Positions 45,179 to 54,264 of a DNA stretch of 64,000 nt are shown one piece after another. The notes under the pieces were generated by a model that was not told where the DNA came from, did no database searches, and saw only the letters and a program-made list of their open reading frames with translations. Position 1 is the first letter of the stretch, and every line of letters begins with the position of its first letter. The translations under genes were made by a program, and so were the position numbers. The stretch spans positions 13,504 through 77,503 of the forward strand of contig CAZUGY010000002.1 in assembly GCA_964620265.1 (NCBI GenBank), read 5' to 3'. This stretch comes from an uncultured Alcaligenaceae bacterium (lineage in GTDB: Bacteria; Pseudomonadota; Gammaproteobacteria; Burkholderiales; Casimicrobiaceae).

Positions 45179-45933
45179 GCGATCTCGCCACGAGTCCCGC
45201 GTCGGTCTCCGCCACCGGCCGTGGCGCGGCGCAGGCACGGCCCCGTGACGAGGCGGGCGGCGATTCGCGGCGGGCGGCGGAGGTGCTGCGCGCACGCGAG
45301 CTGGCGTGGCGCCTGTCCACGCCGGGCGCCAGCAGCGTCAGGGTCCCGCGCGGGCACGTCCTCGTGCGCAGCGGCGCCCGTTTCGAGGGGCTGTACGTGA
45401 TCCGCTCCGGCTCCTGCATGCTGGTCGTCACGAGTCCCGATGGCGAGGAGCACATCGCCTCGTTCCGCCTTCCCGGCGAGGTCCTGGGCTTCGAGGCGCT
45501 CGCCAGCGGCGTGCACGAAGCCACGGTCCATGCGCTCGAGCCCATGACCTGCTGGCGGCTTCCCGCCGAGCGTGTCGACGCGCTCCTGCGCCAGGACCCG
45601 GCGTTCGCGCAGACGCTGGTCCACGCGCTGTCGCTCGAGGCGGGACGGGGCCTGGCGGGCATGCTCCTGCTCGGAACCATGACGGCCGACCAGCGAGTGG
45701 CGTCGTTCCTGCTCGATCTCGCCGAGCGGTATCGCCAGCTCGGCTTCTCCGACAGCGCCTTCGAGCTCCGGATGACGCGCGCCGAGATCGGCCGCCACCT
45801 GGGCCTCTCCACGGAGACCGTGAGCCGCGTGCTCTCGCGCTTCCGCGCCGACGACCTCGCGATCGTGGACGGACGCAGCGTGCGCCTGCCCGATCGCGCG
45901 GCGCTGGGCCGGATCCTGGTCCACGGCGGCTGA
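45175..45933 (+). CDS. Crp/Fnr-family regulator, FixK-like (no N-terminal Cys cluster)
   Basis: LYVIRSGS, F.LPGEVLGFE, TADQRVASFLLDL, and MTRAEIGRHLGLSTETVSR (FNR-type recognition helix). ATGA overlap with the transporter. Confidence 0.9.
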   Translation: MSDLATSPASVSATGRGAAQARPRDEAGGDSRRAAEVLRARELAWRLSTPGASSVRVPRGHVLVRSGARFEGLYVIRSGSCMLVVTSPDGEEHIASFRLPGEVLGFEALASGVHEATVHALEPMTCWRLPAERVDALLRQDPAFAQTLVHALSLEAGRGLAGMLLLGTMTADQRVASFLLDLAERYRQLGFSDSAFELRMTRAEIGRHLGLSTETVSRVLSRFRADDLAIVDGRSVRLPDRAALGRILVHGG

Positions 45934-46053
45934 ACGGGACGGGGCCGCCGGCGCCGTCGAGCGCGCGGTGGCCACGGGCAGCGGGGGACAATCGCACCGT
46001 GCCGTGACGGCGCGGCGGCCCACGCCGTGCGGGCTGTTGCAGAATGCGGCCCC

Positions 46054-46628
46054 ATGCCGCCCTCCGCCACGCCCTCCGGAACGGGCGCCCATGCCTTCGC
46101 GCACCAGGCGTTCGCGCTGCTCTTCCTCCTCATGGCGATCAATCACCTCGACCGGCATGTCGTGGTGGGCATGTTCGGCCCGCTCGCGGCAGCGTGGAGC
46201 CTCACCGACACGAAGCTCGCCATGCTCGTGTCGATCGTGTCGATCGTGGTCGCGGCGGCCTCGGTGCCGCTTTCCATGCTGGCCGACCGCTGGGGCCGGG
46301 TACGCAGCATCGTGGCGATGGCGCTCGTGTGGAGCCTCGCCACGGATCCGTCGTGATGATGGCGGGCGTGGGCCCGGTCATCGCCGTAGCCCTGGACGTG
46401 GTCCCGCCGCACGTCCGCGCGACCGCCGCCGCCATCGTCGCCATGGCGCAGAACCTGATCGGCCTCGCCGGGGGTGCGTTCATCGCAGGCGCCTTGTCCG
46501 ATCGATACGGCTTGCAGGCCGCACTGGCGATCGTGCCGGCCTTTGCCCTGCCCGCTGCCTTGTGCCATGCGCTGGCGTGCCGCACCTATGTGGCCGACAT
46601 GCATCGCGCAGCACAACGCGAACGCTGA
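46054..46628 (+). pseudogene. Internally deleted, frameshifted paralog of the MFS at 6480-7805 (about TM1-3 joined to TM10-12)
   Basis: 46054-46356 aligns by eye to the N-terminus of the MFS (INHLDRHVV vs VDYVDRQVI; LADRWGRVRSI..WSLAT vs LADRWSRVKSI..WSLAT). 46356-46628 aligns to its C-terminus (VRATAAAI..QNLIGLAGG..LSDRYGLQ). The middle is missing. Confidence 0.8.
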
Positions 46629-46774
46629 AGAGCGAACGCCACGCGCAGTCGCCGCTGCGTTATCCTTGCGGTAGATCATGCCGCCCGGGCTTCCGGGCCA
46701 GTACCCTTGCCGCATCGCCATCCTGGTGCGCTGCGGCTCCTCGAAACAGCGCAGCGCAACCTCAAGTGACTTCC

Positions 46775-48085
46775 ATGCCCCTCGCATCACACTCGCGCTG
46801 GATCGCAGCCTTCGCCTGCGCCACGCTCCTCCCCCCGCTGCACGCCCAGACGCCCACCGCGCCCGCCACCGCGCCGCCCGCGGCCGCCAGCACCCAGGCC
46901 GCCGCCCCGGCGAGTGCCACGTTCTCGCAGGAGGAGCTCGACCAGCTCGTTGCTCCGATCGCGCTCTACCCTGATGCCTTGCTCGCACAGGTGCTGATGG
47001 CCTCCACCTATCCGCTCGAGGTGGTCGAGGCCGAGCGCTGGGTCAAGGCGAACCCGGGACTCAAGGACAAGGCGCTCGAGGATGCGCTGCAACAGCAGAA
47101 GTGGGACCCGAGCGTGAAGTCGCTCGCGGTGTTTCCGCAGGTCCTCACGATGATGAGCGAGAAGCTCGACTGGACGCAGAAGCTCGGCGACGCTTTCCTC
47201 GCGCAGCAGAAGGACGTGCTTGCCACGGCGCAGGCGCTGCGCAGCAAGGCTTCCGCGCAAGGGGCGCTCAAGGACACGAAGGAGCAGAAGGTCATCACCA
47301 CGCAGGAGAACAACACCACGGTGATCAAGATCGAGCCCACGAATCCGGAGGTGGTGTACGTCCCGTCCTACAACCCCACCGTGGTGTACGGCGCATGGCC
47401 CTATCCCGCCTATCCGCCGTACTACTGGTATCCGCCGGGGTACGTGGCCGGAGGCGCGCTCCTGGGCTTCACGGCCGGGGTCATCGTGGGCGGTGCGCTC
47501 TGGGGTGGAGTGGGCTGGGGCCGCGGCGACGTGGACATCAACGTGAATCGCTACAACAACTTCAACAAGACGAACATCAGTAACGGCAACTGGAAGCACA
47601 ACGCCGAGCACCGCGGCGCGGTTCCCTATCGCGACAAGGGCGTTGCACAGCAGAACGGCCGCGGCCAGGCCGCCGACGCCGCGTCGCGCGACGCCTTCCG
47701 CGGTCATGCCGACGCCGGCCGCCAGCAGATCCAGCGCGGCGAGGTAGCGGCTCCGCGCAACACGCAAATGGATAGAGGCGGTGCGGGCGCGGGCGACCGC
47801 GGCGGCGCGGGCGCCGGCAACCGACCGGGCGGAGGCGCAGGTGGCAATTACGGCGGCGCAGGCAATCGCGGAGGCTACAGCGGCGCCAGCGCGGGACAGC
47901 ACGACATGAGCGGCCGCGGCAGCTCGGCATTCGACACGCGCAGCGCGTCGCAGGCACGCAGCTCGAGCAACCGCGGCGCATCGAGCATGAACTCGTCGAT
48001 GGGAGCCGGACACATGTCCCGGGGTGGCGGAGGTGGTGGTGGAGCAAGAGGCGGCGGTGGTGGTGGACGGGGAGGACGGCGATGA
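46775..48085 (+). CDS. DUF3300-family exported protein with a Gly/Arg-rich disordered tail
   Basis: Signal peptide, ELDQLVAPIALYPDALLAQVLMASTYP, WDPSVKSL, IEPTNPEVVYVPSYNP and WKHNAEHRGAVPY. Confidence 0.88.
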   Translation: MPLASHSRWIAAFACATLLPPLHAQTPTAPATAPPAAASTQAAAPASATFSQEELDQLVAPIALYPDALLAQVLMASTYPLEVVEAERWVKANPGLKDKALEDALQQQKWDPSVKSLAVFPQVLTMMSEKLDWTQKLGDAFLAQQKDVLATAQALRSKASAQGALKDTKEQKVITTQENNTTVIKIEPTNPEVVYVPSYNPTVVYGAWPYPAYPPYYWYPPGYVAGGALLGFTAGVIVGGALWGGVGWGRGDVDINVNRYNNFNKTNISNGNWKHNAEHRGAVPYRDKGVAQQNGRGQAADAASRDAFRGHADAGRQQIQRGEVAAPRNTQMDRGGAGAGDRGGAGAGNRPGGGAGGNYGGAGNRGGYSGASAGQHDMSGRGSSAFDTRSASQARSSSNRGASSMNSSMGAGHMSRGGGGGGGARGGGGGGRGGRR

Positions 48086-49056
48086 TCGGCATCTCCATGT
48101 CACCTTTGCTGATGCTTCCCGCGCAATTTTCCGGCCGGTCGATGCAACGCGCCGCACGCGTGGCTACCCTCGCCGTCCTGCTGCTCGCGTCGCCGTACCT
48201 TCTCGCGGCGGAGGCTGCGCAGCGAACCTTTGCGACGCCGGACGATGCCGTGGCGGCGCTTGTCGCAGCCGCCAAAGCTGATGACGCGAAAGCGCTGCGT
48301 GCGGTGCTCGGCAACGACCGTGGCGACCTCGCATCGGGTGACGCCGTGGCCGATCGCACGCTGCGCGAGCAGTTCGTCGCGGCCTACACGGCCAAGCACG
48401 CGCTCGTCCCGGCGGGCGACGCCATGCAGCTCAACGTCGGCAACGACGATTTCCCCTTCGCGTTCCCGTTGGTGAAAAAAGGGGATCGCTGGCGCTTCGA
48501 TACGGCGGCCGGACGCACCGAGCTTCTCGCCCGGCGCATCGGCGCGAACGAGCTCGACGCCATCAAGGTCATGCAGGCCATCGTGGATGCCCAGCGCGAA
48601 TATGCGTCGGTGGACCGCAACGGCGACGGCACCGTCGAGTATGCGCGACGCTTCGCCAGCAGCGCAGGCAAGCACGACGGCCTGTACTGGCCCGCCGCTG
48701 CCGGCGAGGCCCCGAGCCCGCTCGGCAACCTCGTGGCACGCGCCGCCGGCGAGGGCTACCAGGGCAAGGCCGGCACGCCCACGCCCTATCGCGGCTACTA
48801 CTACCGGATGCTCGCAGGCCAGACGGCAAAGGCGAGCGGAGGTGCCACCGACTACGTCGTGCGCCGCCGTGCCATCGGCGGGTTCGCCGTGGTGGCGTAT
48901 CCGGCGAAGTACGCCAGCTCGGGCATCATGACCTTCATCGTGAACCACGACGGCGTCGTCTACCAGGCCGACCTCGGTCCCGATTCCGCCGCCAAGGCGA
49001 AGGCCATGCGCAAGTTCGATCCCGGCAGCGCGTGGACGCGCGTCGCCACGCCCTGA
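48082..49056 (+). CDS. DUF2950-family exported protein
   Basis: FATPDDAVAAL, RRIGANELDAI, GKHDGLYWP, PYRGYYYRML and AYPAKYASSGIMTFIVNHDG. Coupled to DUF3300. Confidence 0.88.
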   Translation: MIGISMSPLLMLPAQFSGRSMQRAARVATLAVLLLASPYLLAAEAAQRTFATPDDAVAALVAAAKADDAKALRAVLGNDRGDLASGDAVADRTLREQFVAAYTAKHALVPAGDAMQLNVGNDDFPFAFPLVKKGDRWRFDTAAGRTELLARRIGANELDAIKVMQAIVDAQREYASVDRNGDGTVEYARRFASSAGKHDGLYWPAAAGEAPSPLGNLVARAAGEGYQGKAGTPTPYRGYYYRMLAGQTAKASGGATDYVVRRRAIGGFAVVAYPAKYASSGIMTFIVNHDGVVYQADLGPDSAAKAKAMRKFDPGSAWTRVATP

Positions 49057-49110
49057 TTCTCGGCGCGTCGGCGCGCTCGCGCCGACGCCGCTCTCCTCCA
49101 AGGAACTGAC

Positions 49111-49701
49111 ATGAACCACAAGACATTGCTGCTCGCTCCCCTCCTCGCCGTCGCTGCGGCGGCATCACCCCTTTACGCGCAGTCCGGTGGCGTCGTCGCG
49201 GCATCGGCGCCGGGCGTGGTGGGAGCCGCCAAGACCGTCGACATCACCGCGTCCATCGTGTCCATCGACAAGGCGACACGCGACGTCGCGCTCAAAGGCC
49301 CCCAAGGGAACGTCGTCACCGTGACCGCCGGTCCGCAGGTCACGAATTTCGACAAGCTCAAGGTGGGCGACTCGGTCAGGATCAAGTACGTCGAAGCCGT
49401 GGCCGTTTCGCTGAAGAAGGGTGGCGGCCTCGTGGTGGGCACCACCGCGACAGCCGGTGCGGCAGGTGCCAAGGCGGGTGAGACTCCCGCCGGCGTGGGC
49501 GGTCGCGAGGTCACGCTCGTCGCCGATGTCGTGGCGGTCGATCCCGCCAGCCAGAGGGTCACGCTCAAGGGGCCCAACCGCACGGTCGACGTGCGCATCG
49601 CCGACCCCGAGCAATTCAAGCGCATCGCCAAGGGCGACCAGGTCGAGGCGAAGTACGTGCAGGCCGTCGCCATCGCGGTCGAGTCCCCGCCGCCGAAGTG
49701 A
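49111..49701 (+). CDS. Hypothetical secreted protein with two tandem beta-rich (OB-like) repeats
   Basis: AAGGA RBS and signal peptide. IVSIDKATRDVALKGPQG..DKLKVGDSVRIKYVEAVAV repeats as VVAVDPASQRVTLKGPNR..KRIAKGDQVEAKYVQAVAI. Confidence 0.75.
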   Translation: MNHKTLLLAPLLAVAAAASPLYAQSGGVVAASAPGVVGAAKTVDITASIVSIDKATRDVALKGPQGNVVTVTAGPQVTNFDKLKVGDSVRIKYVEAVAVSLKKGGGLVVGTTATAGAAGAKAGETPAGVGGREVTLVADVVAVDPASQRVTLKGPNRTVDVRIADPEQFKRIAKGDQVEAKYVQAVAIAVESPPPK

Positions 49702-50225
49702 TCGACCCTCGCTCGTACCTGACGGCAGAGACCGCGAAGGGTGGCCTCTCCGTCACGATACGTGCGCTGCGCCCCGATGATCGCGACCGCATGGCGGCCG
49801 CGGTGCGCGGGCTCGATCCCGAATCGATCTATCTTCGCCTCTTCAGCCGCGGTCGCGAGCTCACGGAGAGCGCGATCGACCGCATCATGCGCTTCGATCC
49901 CGAGCGCGAGGTCGTCCTCGTGGCCACCACCGACGACGACACGCGTGTCATCGGCTCCGCGCGCTACGTGGTAGCGGCCCCCGGCACCGCGGAGGTCGCC
50001 TTCGTCGTCGACGAGGACTTCCGGGGCCAGGGCATCGCCGGCCACCTCCTGCGCCATCTCGCCCGTGTCGCCTCGGCGCAGGGCATCGGCACCTTCGAGG
50101 CCGACGTCCTCGCGCGCAATCGCGCCATGCAGGCCGTGTTTGCGCGCGCCGGCTGGGCCGTGCAGTCGCGGCGCCAGGGCGATTCCGTGCATCTCACGAT
50201 GGCCTTGCCGCGTGACCCGGAATAA
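49698..50225 (+). CDS. GNAT N-acetyltransferase
   Basis: IRALRPDD, SIYLRLFS, GSARYV, AEVAFVVDEDFRGQGIAGHLL and VLARNRAMQAVF. Confidence 0.88.
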   Translation: MIDPRSYLTAETAKGGLSVTIRALRPDDRDRMAAAVRGLDPESIYLRLFSRGRELTESAIDRIMRFDPEREVVLVATTDDDTRVIGSARYVVAAPGTAEVAFVVDEDFRGQGIAGHLLRHLARVASAQGIGTFEADVLARNRAMQAVFARAGWAVQSRRQGDSVHLTMALPRDPE

Positions 50226-50280
50226 CGCCGGCACGCCACCTCGCAAGCGAACCTCGCGGCGCCTTCTCCTGCGTGCCGAG

Positions 50281-51621
50281 GTGCGCCTGCGGCGGTTCGC
50301 GCGCCACCTGCGCGGCCGCCTCGCATGGGGCCGCCTCTACTGGCTCACGAGCTACCTGCGCTCGGCACTGTGGACGGTGCCGCTCATCGCCATCGCGATC
50401 GTGATCGTCGCGGTGCCGGCGCTGCGCTGGCTCGACCGCTGGCTGCACTGGGAGTGGACCGCCCTCGCTCCGGCCGGCGCGGAAGCGCTCTACCAGACCG
50501 CGATCACGCTCACGCTGTCGTTCCTCGTCTTCACGTTCGGCTCGCTGCTGGTGGCGATCCAGGTCGCGGGCGGGCAGCTCACGCCGCGCATCATCGCCAC
50601 GATCCTGCTGCGCAACAACGTGGTCCGCTACAGCGTGGGCCTGTTCACCTTCACGCTCGTGTTCGCGGTGATGGCGTTGAACCGCCAGGAAGCCGCGGTG
50701 AGCCAGCTCGTGGCGTTCCTCGTCGCATTGCTGGGCATCGCGAGCATCGCGGACTTCCTCTTCCTCATCGACTACGCCGCGCGGCTCCTGCGCCCGGTGA
50801 GTGTCGTGGCCCACGTGGGCAATGCCGCGGTGGACGTGATCCGCAGCGTCTATCCGGTGCTGCTCACCGAGGCGATGGCCGACGTGCAGCCGCTGCGCAT
50901 CGGCACCGACAAGCCCGTGCGCCTGGTCGTGCACCGCAGCGCTCCCGGCATCGTGCTCGCCGTGGACCTGCGCTCGATCGTGAGCCACGTGCGCCGCCAC
51001 GGGGGCGTGGTGGAGTTCATGCCGCGCGTGGGCGACTTCGTGTCCGAGGACGATCCGCTGTTCGCCCTCTTCGGCGCCGCCGCATCGATCGACGACCGCG
51101 TGCTGCACGCGACCGTCGCGGTGGGTGTCGAACGCACGCTCGAGCAGGATCCGATGTTCGCCTTCCGCATCCTCGTCGACATCGCCTTGAAGGCGCTGTC
51201 GCCCGCCATCAACGATCCCACCACCGCGGTGCTGGCCCTCGACCAGATCCACCGCCTCCTGCGGCTCGTGGGCAAGCGGCGGCTGCGCAGCGAGCTCGTG
51301 CACGACGACGCGGGCGCGCCGCGGATCATCTTCCGCACGCCGAACTGGGAGGACTACGTCGAGGTCTCCTGCAAGGAGATCCGCCACTGCGGCGGCGCAA
51401 GCCTCCAGGTCGTGCGGCGGATGCGCGCGATGCTCGAGGACCTGCACGAGGCCGTCCCCGCGTCGCGCCGGACCGCGCTGGAGCAGGAGCTGCGCCTCCT
51501 CGACGCGACAGTCGATGCCTCCTTCCCCGCTCGCGAGGATCGCGAGCTCGCACGCATCGGCGATCTCCAGGGCCTGGGCAGCGCGACGCCACGCGGCGGC
51601 GACCCGGTGACGCATCCATGA
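50281..51621 (+). CDS. DUF2254-family membrane protein (start uncertain)
   Basis: QVAGGQLTPRII, ERTLEQDPMFAFRILVDIALKALSPAINDPTTAV and NWEDYV. Confidence 0.82.
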   Translation: MRLRRFARHLRGRLAWGRLYWLTSYLRSALWTVPLIAIAIVIVAVPALRWLDRWLHWEWTALAPAGAEALYQTAITLTLSFLVFTFGSLLVAIQVAGGQLTPRIIATILLRNNVVRYSVGLFTFTLVFAVMALNRQEAAVSQLVAFLVALLGIASIADFLFLIDYAARLLRPVSVVAHVGNAAVDVIRSVYPVLLTEAMADVQPLRIGTDKPVRLVVHRSAPGIVLAVDLRSIVSHVRRHGGVVEFMPRVGDFVSEDDPLFALFGAAASIDDRVLHATVAVGVERTLEQDPMFAFRILVDIALKALSPAINDPTTAVLALDQIHRLLRLVGKRRLRSELVHDDAGAPRIIFRTPNWEDYVEVSCKEIRHCGGASLQVVRRMRAMLEDLHEAVPASRRTALEQELRLLDATVDASFPAREDRELARIGDLQGLGSATPRGGDPVTHP

Positions 51622-52511
51622 TCCCCGGTGGCATCGTGCCCGACTGGCTGCTGTCGATCACGGCCGCCTGCACGCTCTTCGTCGTGATGTTCGACCTGGG
51701 GCTCGCGGTGGTGCCGGGGGAATTCCGCGCGGTGCTGCGCCCGCCCGGGCTCCTCACCCGCGCGCTCTTCGCGGTGCTCGTGGCCGTGCCGTGCATGGTC
51801 TGGCTCGTGTGCAGGGTGTTCGACCTCTCCCGTCCGGTCGAGATCGGGATGATGCTCATGGCGATCGCTCCGGGGGCGCCATTCGCGCTGCGCAACTCGC
51901 TCGGCGCGGGCGGCCACCCGGCCTTCGCGCCGGTGCTGCAGATCGGCCTCGCCTTCGCGGCGATCGTGTCGATGCCGCTGTGGATCCTGGGCCTCGACGA
52001 GTACTACGCGGGCACGGCGTCGGTCGATCCGCGCCACCTCGCCCGCCAGGTGATGGTGGCGCAGCTCCTGCCGCTCGCGCTCGGCATGCTCGCGCGCTGG
52101 CGCTTCGAGGGCCTGGTCGCGCGGCTCGAGCCCGCGCTGCGGCAGGTCGGCTCGGGCCTCCTCGGGCTGTTGCTGGTGCTGGCGCTCCTCGACGTGTACC
52201 AGACCGTGCTCGATGCCGGGCCGCGCGTCGCGGTGGCCATCGTCGTGGCCACGCTGCTCGCCCTCGCGGCGGGACATCTGCTGGGCGGGCCGGCCGCGGG
52301 CACGCGCACGGCCACCGCCATCTCGAGCGCCTCGCGCAACGCGGGGCTCGCGCTCCTGGTGGCCACGCTCAATCACGCGAGCGCCGCGATCGTCGCGACG
52401 GTGCTCGCCTATTTCGTGCTCTCGGCGAGCACCGTAGTCGTCTACGCGCTGTGGCGCCGCCGCACGGCGGCCGCGACGGCGATTCCACCACCGGCAAGAG
52501 GAGTGCAATGA
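51618..52511 (+). CDS. Bile acid:Na+ symporter (BASS)-family transporter
   Basis: VMFDLGL, MAIAPGAPF, QLLPLALGM, AISSASRNAGLALLVA. About 9-10 hydrophobic segments. Confidence 0.8.
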   Translation: MIPGGIVPDWLLSITAACTLFVVMFDLGLAVVPGEFRAVLRPPGLLTRALFAVLVAVPCMVWLVCRVFDLSRPVEIGMMLMAIAPGAPFALRNSLGAGGHPAFAPVLQIGLAFAAIVSMPLWILGLDEYYAGTASVDPRHLARQVMVAQLLPLALGMLARWRFEGLVARLEPALRQVGSGLLGLLLVLALLDVYQTVLDAGPRVAVAIVVATLLALAAGHLLGGPAAGTRTATAISSASRNAGLALLVATLNHASAAIVATVLAYFVLSASTVVVYALWRRRTAAATAIPPPARGVQ

Positions 52512-53410
52512 TGGCGAAGGACAAGGGCAAGGCGCGCGGTGCGAGCCGCGCAACGACGGACAAGGCAGTGAAGGAGGCGACGGCCACGAAGCGGCCCGCG
52601 CGCAAGGCGTCCGCGGACGCAGGCAACCAGGCGGGCGGCGAGCTCAGCGGCAAGCAGTACGACGCGGAGCTGAAGAAGCTGCACATCGAGCTCGTGAAGC
52701 TGCAGCAATGGGTGCAGGCCAAGGGCCTCAAGGTCTGCATCGTGTTCGAGGGGCGCGACGGCGCGGGCAAGGGCGGTACCATCAAGGCGATCACGGAGCG
52801 GGTGAGCCCGCGCGTGTTCCGGGTGGTCGCGCTGCCCGCTCCGACGGAGCGCGAGAAGTCGCAGATGTACGTGCAGCGCTACCTGCCGCACCTCCCCGCC
52901 GGCGGCGAGATCGTGATCTTCGACCGCAGCTGGTACAACCGCGCGGGCGTGGAGCGCGTGATGGGCTTCACGCCCGAGCACCAGGTCGAGCGCTTCCTCA
53001 AGGGCGTGCCGCTGGTGGAGAAGACGATCACCGACTCGGGGATCATCCTCCTCAAGTACTGGCTCGAGGTGAGCGAAGCGGAGCAGACGCGCCGGCTCGC
53101 GTCGCGCATCGAGGACGGCCGCAAGATCTGGAAGCTCTCGCCGATGGACCTCGAGTCGTACAGCCGCTGGTACGACTACTCGCGCGCCCGCGATGCGATG
53201 TTCGAGGCGACCGATACCGCGTGGGCGCCGTGGTACGTCGCCAATTCCGAGAACAAGAAGCGCGTGCGGCTCAACATCATCTCGCACATATTGTCGAGGA
53301 TTCCGTACGAGGAATTGCCGCGGGCGAAGATCGTGCTGCCCAAGCGGCAGAAGGCCAAGGGCTACAAGGACCCCGACTACGCCTACAAGCGGGTGCCGGA
53401 GAAGTACTGA
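52508..53410 (+). CDS. ppk2: Polyphosphate kinase 2
   Basis: FEGRDGAGKGGTIK Walker A, FDRSWYNRAGVERVMGF, WKLSPMD and WYDYSRARD. Confidence 0.95.
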   Translation: MMAKDKGKARGASRATTDKAVKEATATKRPARKASADAGNQAGGELSGKQYDAELKKLHIELVKLQQWVQAKGLKVCIVFEGRDGAGKGGTIKAITERVSPRVFRVVALPAPTEREKSQMYVQRYLPHLPAGGEIVIFDRSWYNRAGVERVMGFTPEHQVERFLKGVPLVEKTITDSGIILLKYWLEVSEAEQTRRLASRIEDGRKIWKLSPMDLESYSRWYDYSRARDAMFEATDTAWAPWYVANSENKKRVRLNIISHILSRIPYEELPRAKIVLPKRQKAKGYKDPDYAYKRVPEKY

Positions 53411-53438
53411 CCGTGCCGGGCCGCGGCAGCTCGGGCAC

Positions 53439-53466
53439 CGGGCGCGGGGCGGCGCGCCCGCGCCCG
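53439..53466. terminator. Hairpin between convergent ppk2 and fabI
   Basis: CGGGCGCGGG (53439-53448) and CCCGCGCCCG (53457-53466) form a perfect 10-bp stem. No U-tract. Confidence 0.5.
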
Positions 53467-53468
53467 TG

Positions 53469-54251
53469 TCACGCCATGATGTTGACGCCGCCGTCGATGT
53501 AGAGCGTCTCGCCCGACAGGCGCCGGGCGTAGGGCGTGGCGAGGTAGGCGCAGGTGAAGCCCACGTCCATGATGTCCACGAGCTCGCCCAGCGGCGCGCG
53601 CTGGGCGGCCTCGGTGAGGAGGAGGTCGAAGTCCTTCAAGCCCGACGCGGCGCGCGTCTTGAGCGGGCCGGGCGAGATCGCATGCACGCGGATGCCCTGC
53701 CCGCCGAGCTCGTAGGCGAGGTAGCGGCACGAGGCTTCGAGCGCGGCCTTGACCGGACCCATCACGCTGTAGGTGGGCACGACCTTGTTGGCGCCGTAGT
53801 AGCTCATCGCGAGCATGGTGCCGCCTTCGTCCATCAGCGGCGCCGCGAGGCGGGCCATGCGCACGAACGAATGGCAGGAGACGTCCATCGCCTTGGCGAA
53901 GCCCGCCGCCGAGCACTGCAGCAGCCCGCCCTGCAGGTCCTCCTTCGGCGCGAAGGCGATCGAGTGCACGAGGATGTCGAGGCGCCCCCAGGTGCGGCGG
54001 ATCTCGTCGAACACCGCTTCGAGCTCGCCCTCCACGGACACGTCGAGCGGCATGAAGATGGCAGCGCCGAGGTCGCGCGCGAGCGGCTCGACATACGGGC
54101 GCGCCTTGGCATTGAGGTGCGTCACGGCGAGATCGGCGCCGAGCTCGCGGAAGGCCTTGGCGCAGCCCCAGGCGATCGACTGGTCGTTGGCGATCCCCAC
54201 CACGAGCGCCTTGCGGCCCTCGAGGATGCGCGTGTGCGATGCGGCGGTCAT
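53469..54251 (-). CDS. fabI: Enoyl-ACP reductase (NADH)
   Basis: VVGIANDQSIAWG, LDILVHSIAFAP, YSVMGPVKAALE (Y..M...K), ISPGPLKTRAASG and YIDGG. Confidence 0.92.
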   Translation of the reverse strand: MTAASHTRILEGRKALVVGIANDQSIAWGCAKAFRELGADLAVTHLNAKARPYVEPLARDLGAAIFMPLDVSVEGELEAVFDEIRRTWGRLDILVHSIAFAPKEDLQGGLLQCSAAGFAKAMDVSCHSFVRMARLAAPLMDEGGTMLAMSYYGANKVVPTYSVMGPVKAALEASCRYLAYELGGQGIRVHAISPGPLKTRAASGLKDFDLLLTEAAQRAPLGELVDIMDVGFTCAYLATPYARRLSGETLYIDGGVNIMA

Positions 54252-54264
54252 TCCGGTCTCTTCC

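Noticed and set aside
45987-45992. GACAAT upstream of the truncated MFS as a third AraC promoter
   Set aside because: No GTC-N9-CAA repeats at the expected upstream positions.
46727-46758. 9-bp inverted repeat upstream of DUF3300
   Set aside because: GC-rich, single occurrence, no promoter context and no U-tract. It could easily be chance in this composition.
47760-48085. GGCGG-rich repetitive DNA as a repeat array or CRISPR
   Set aside because: It encodes the Gly-rich tail of DUF3300. There are no fixed-length repeats with unique spacers.
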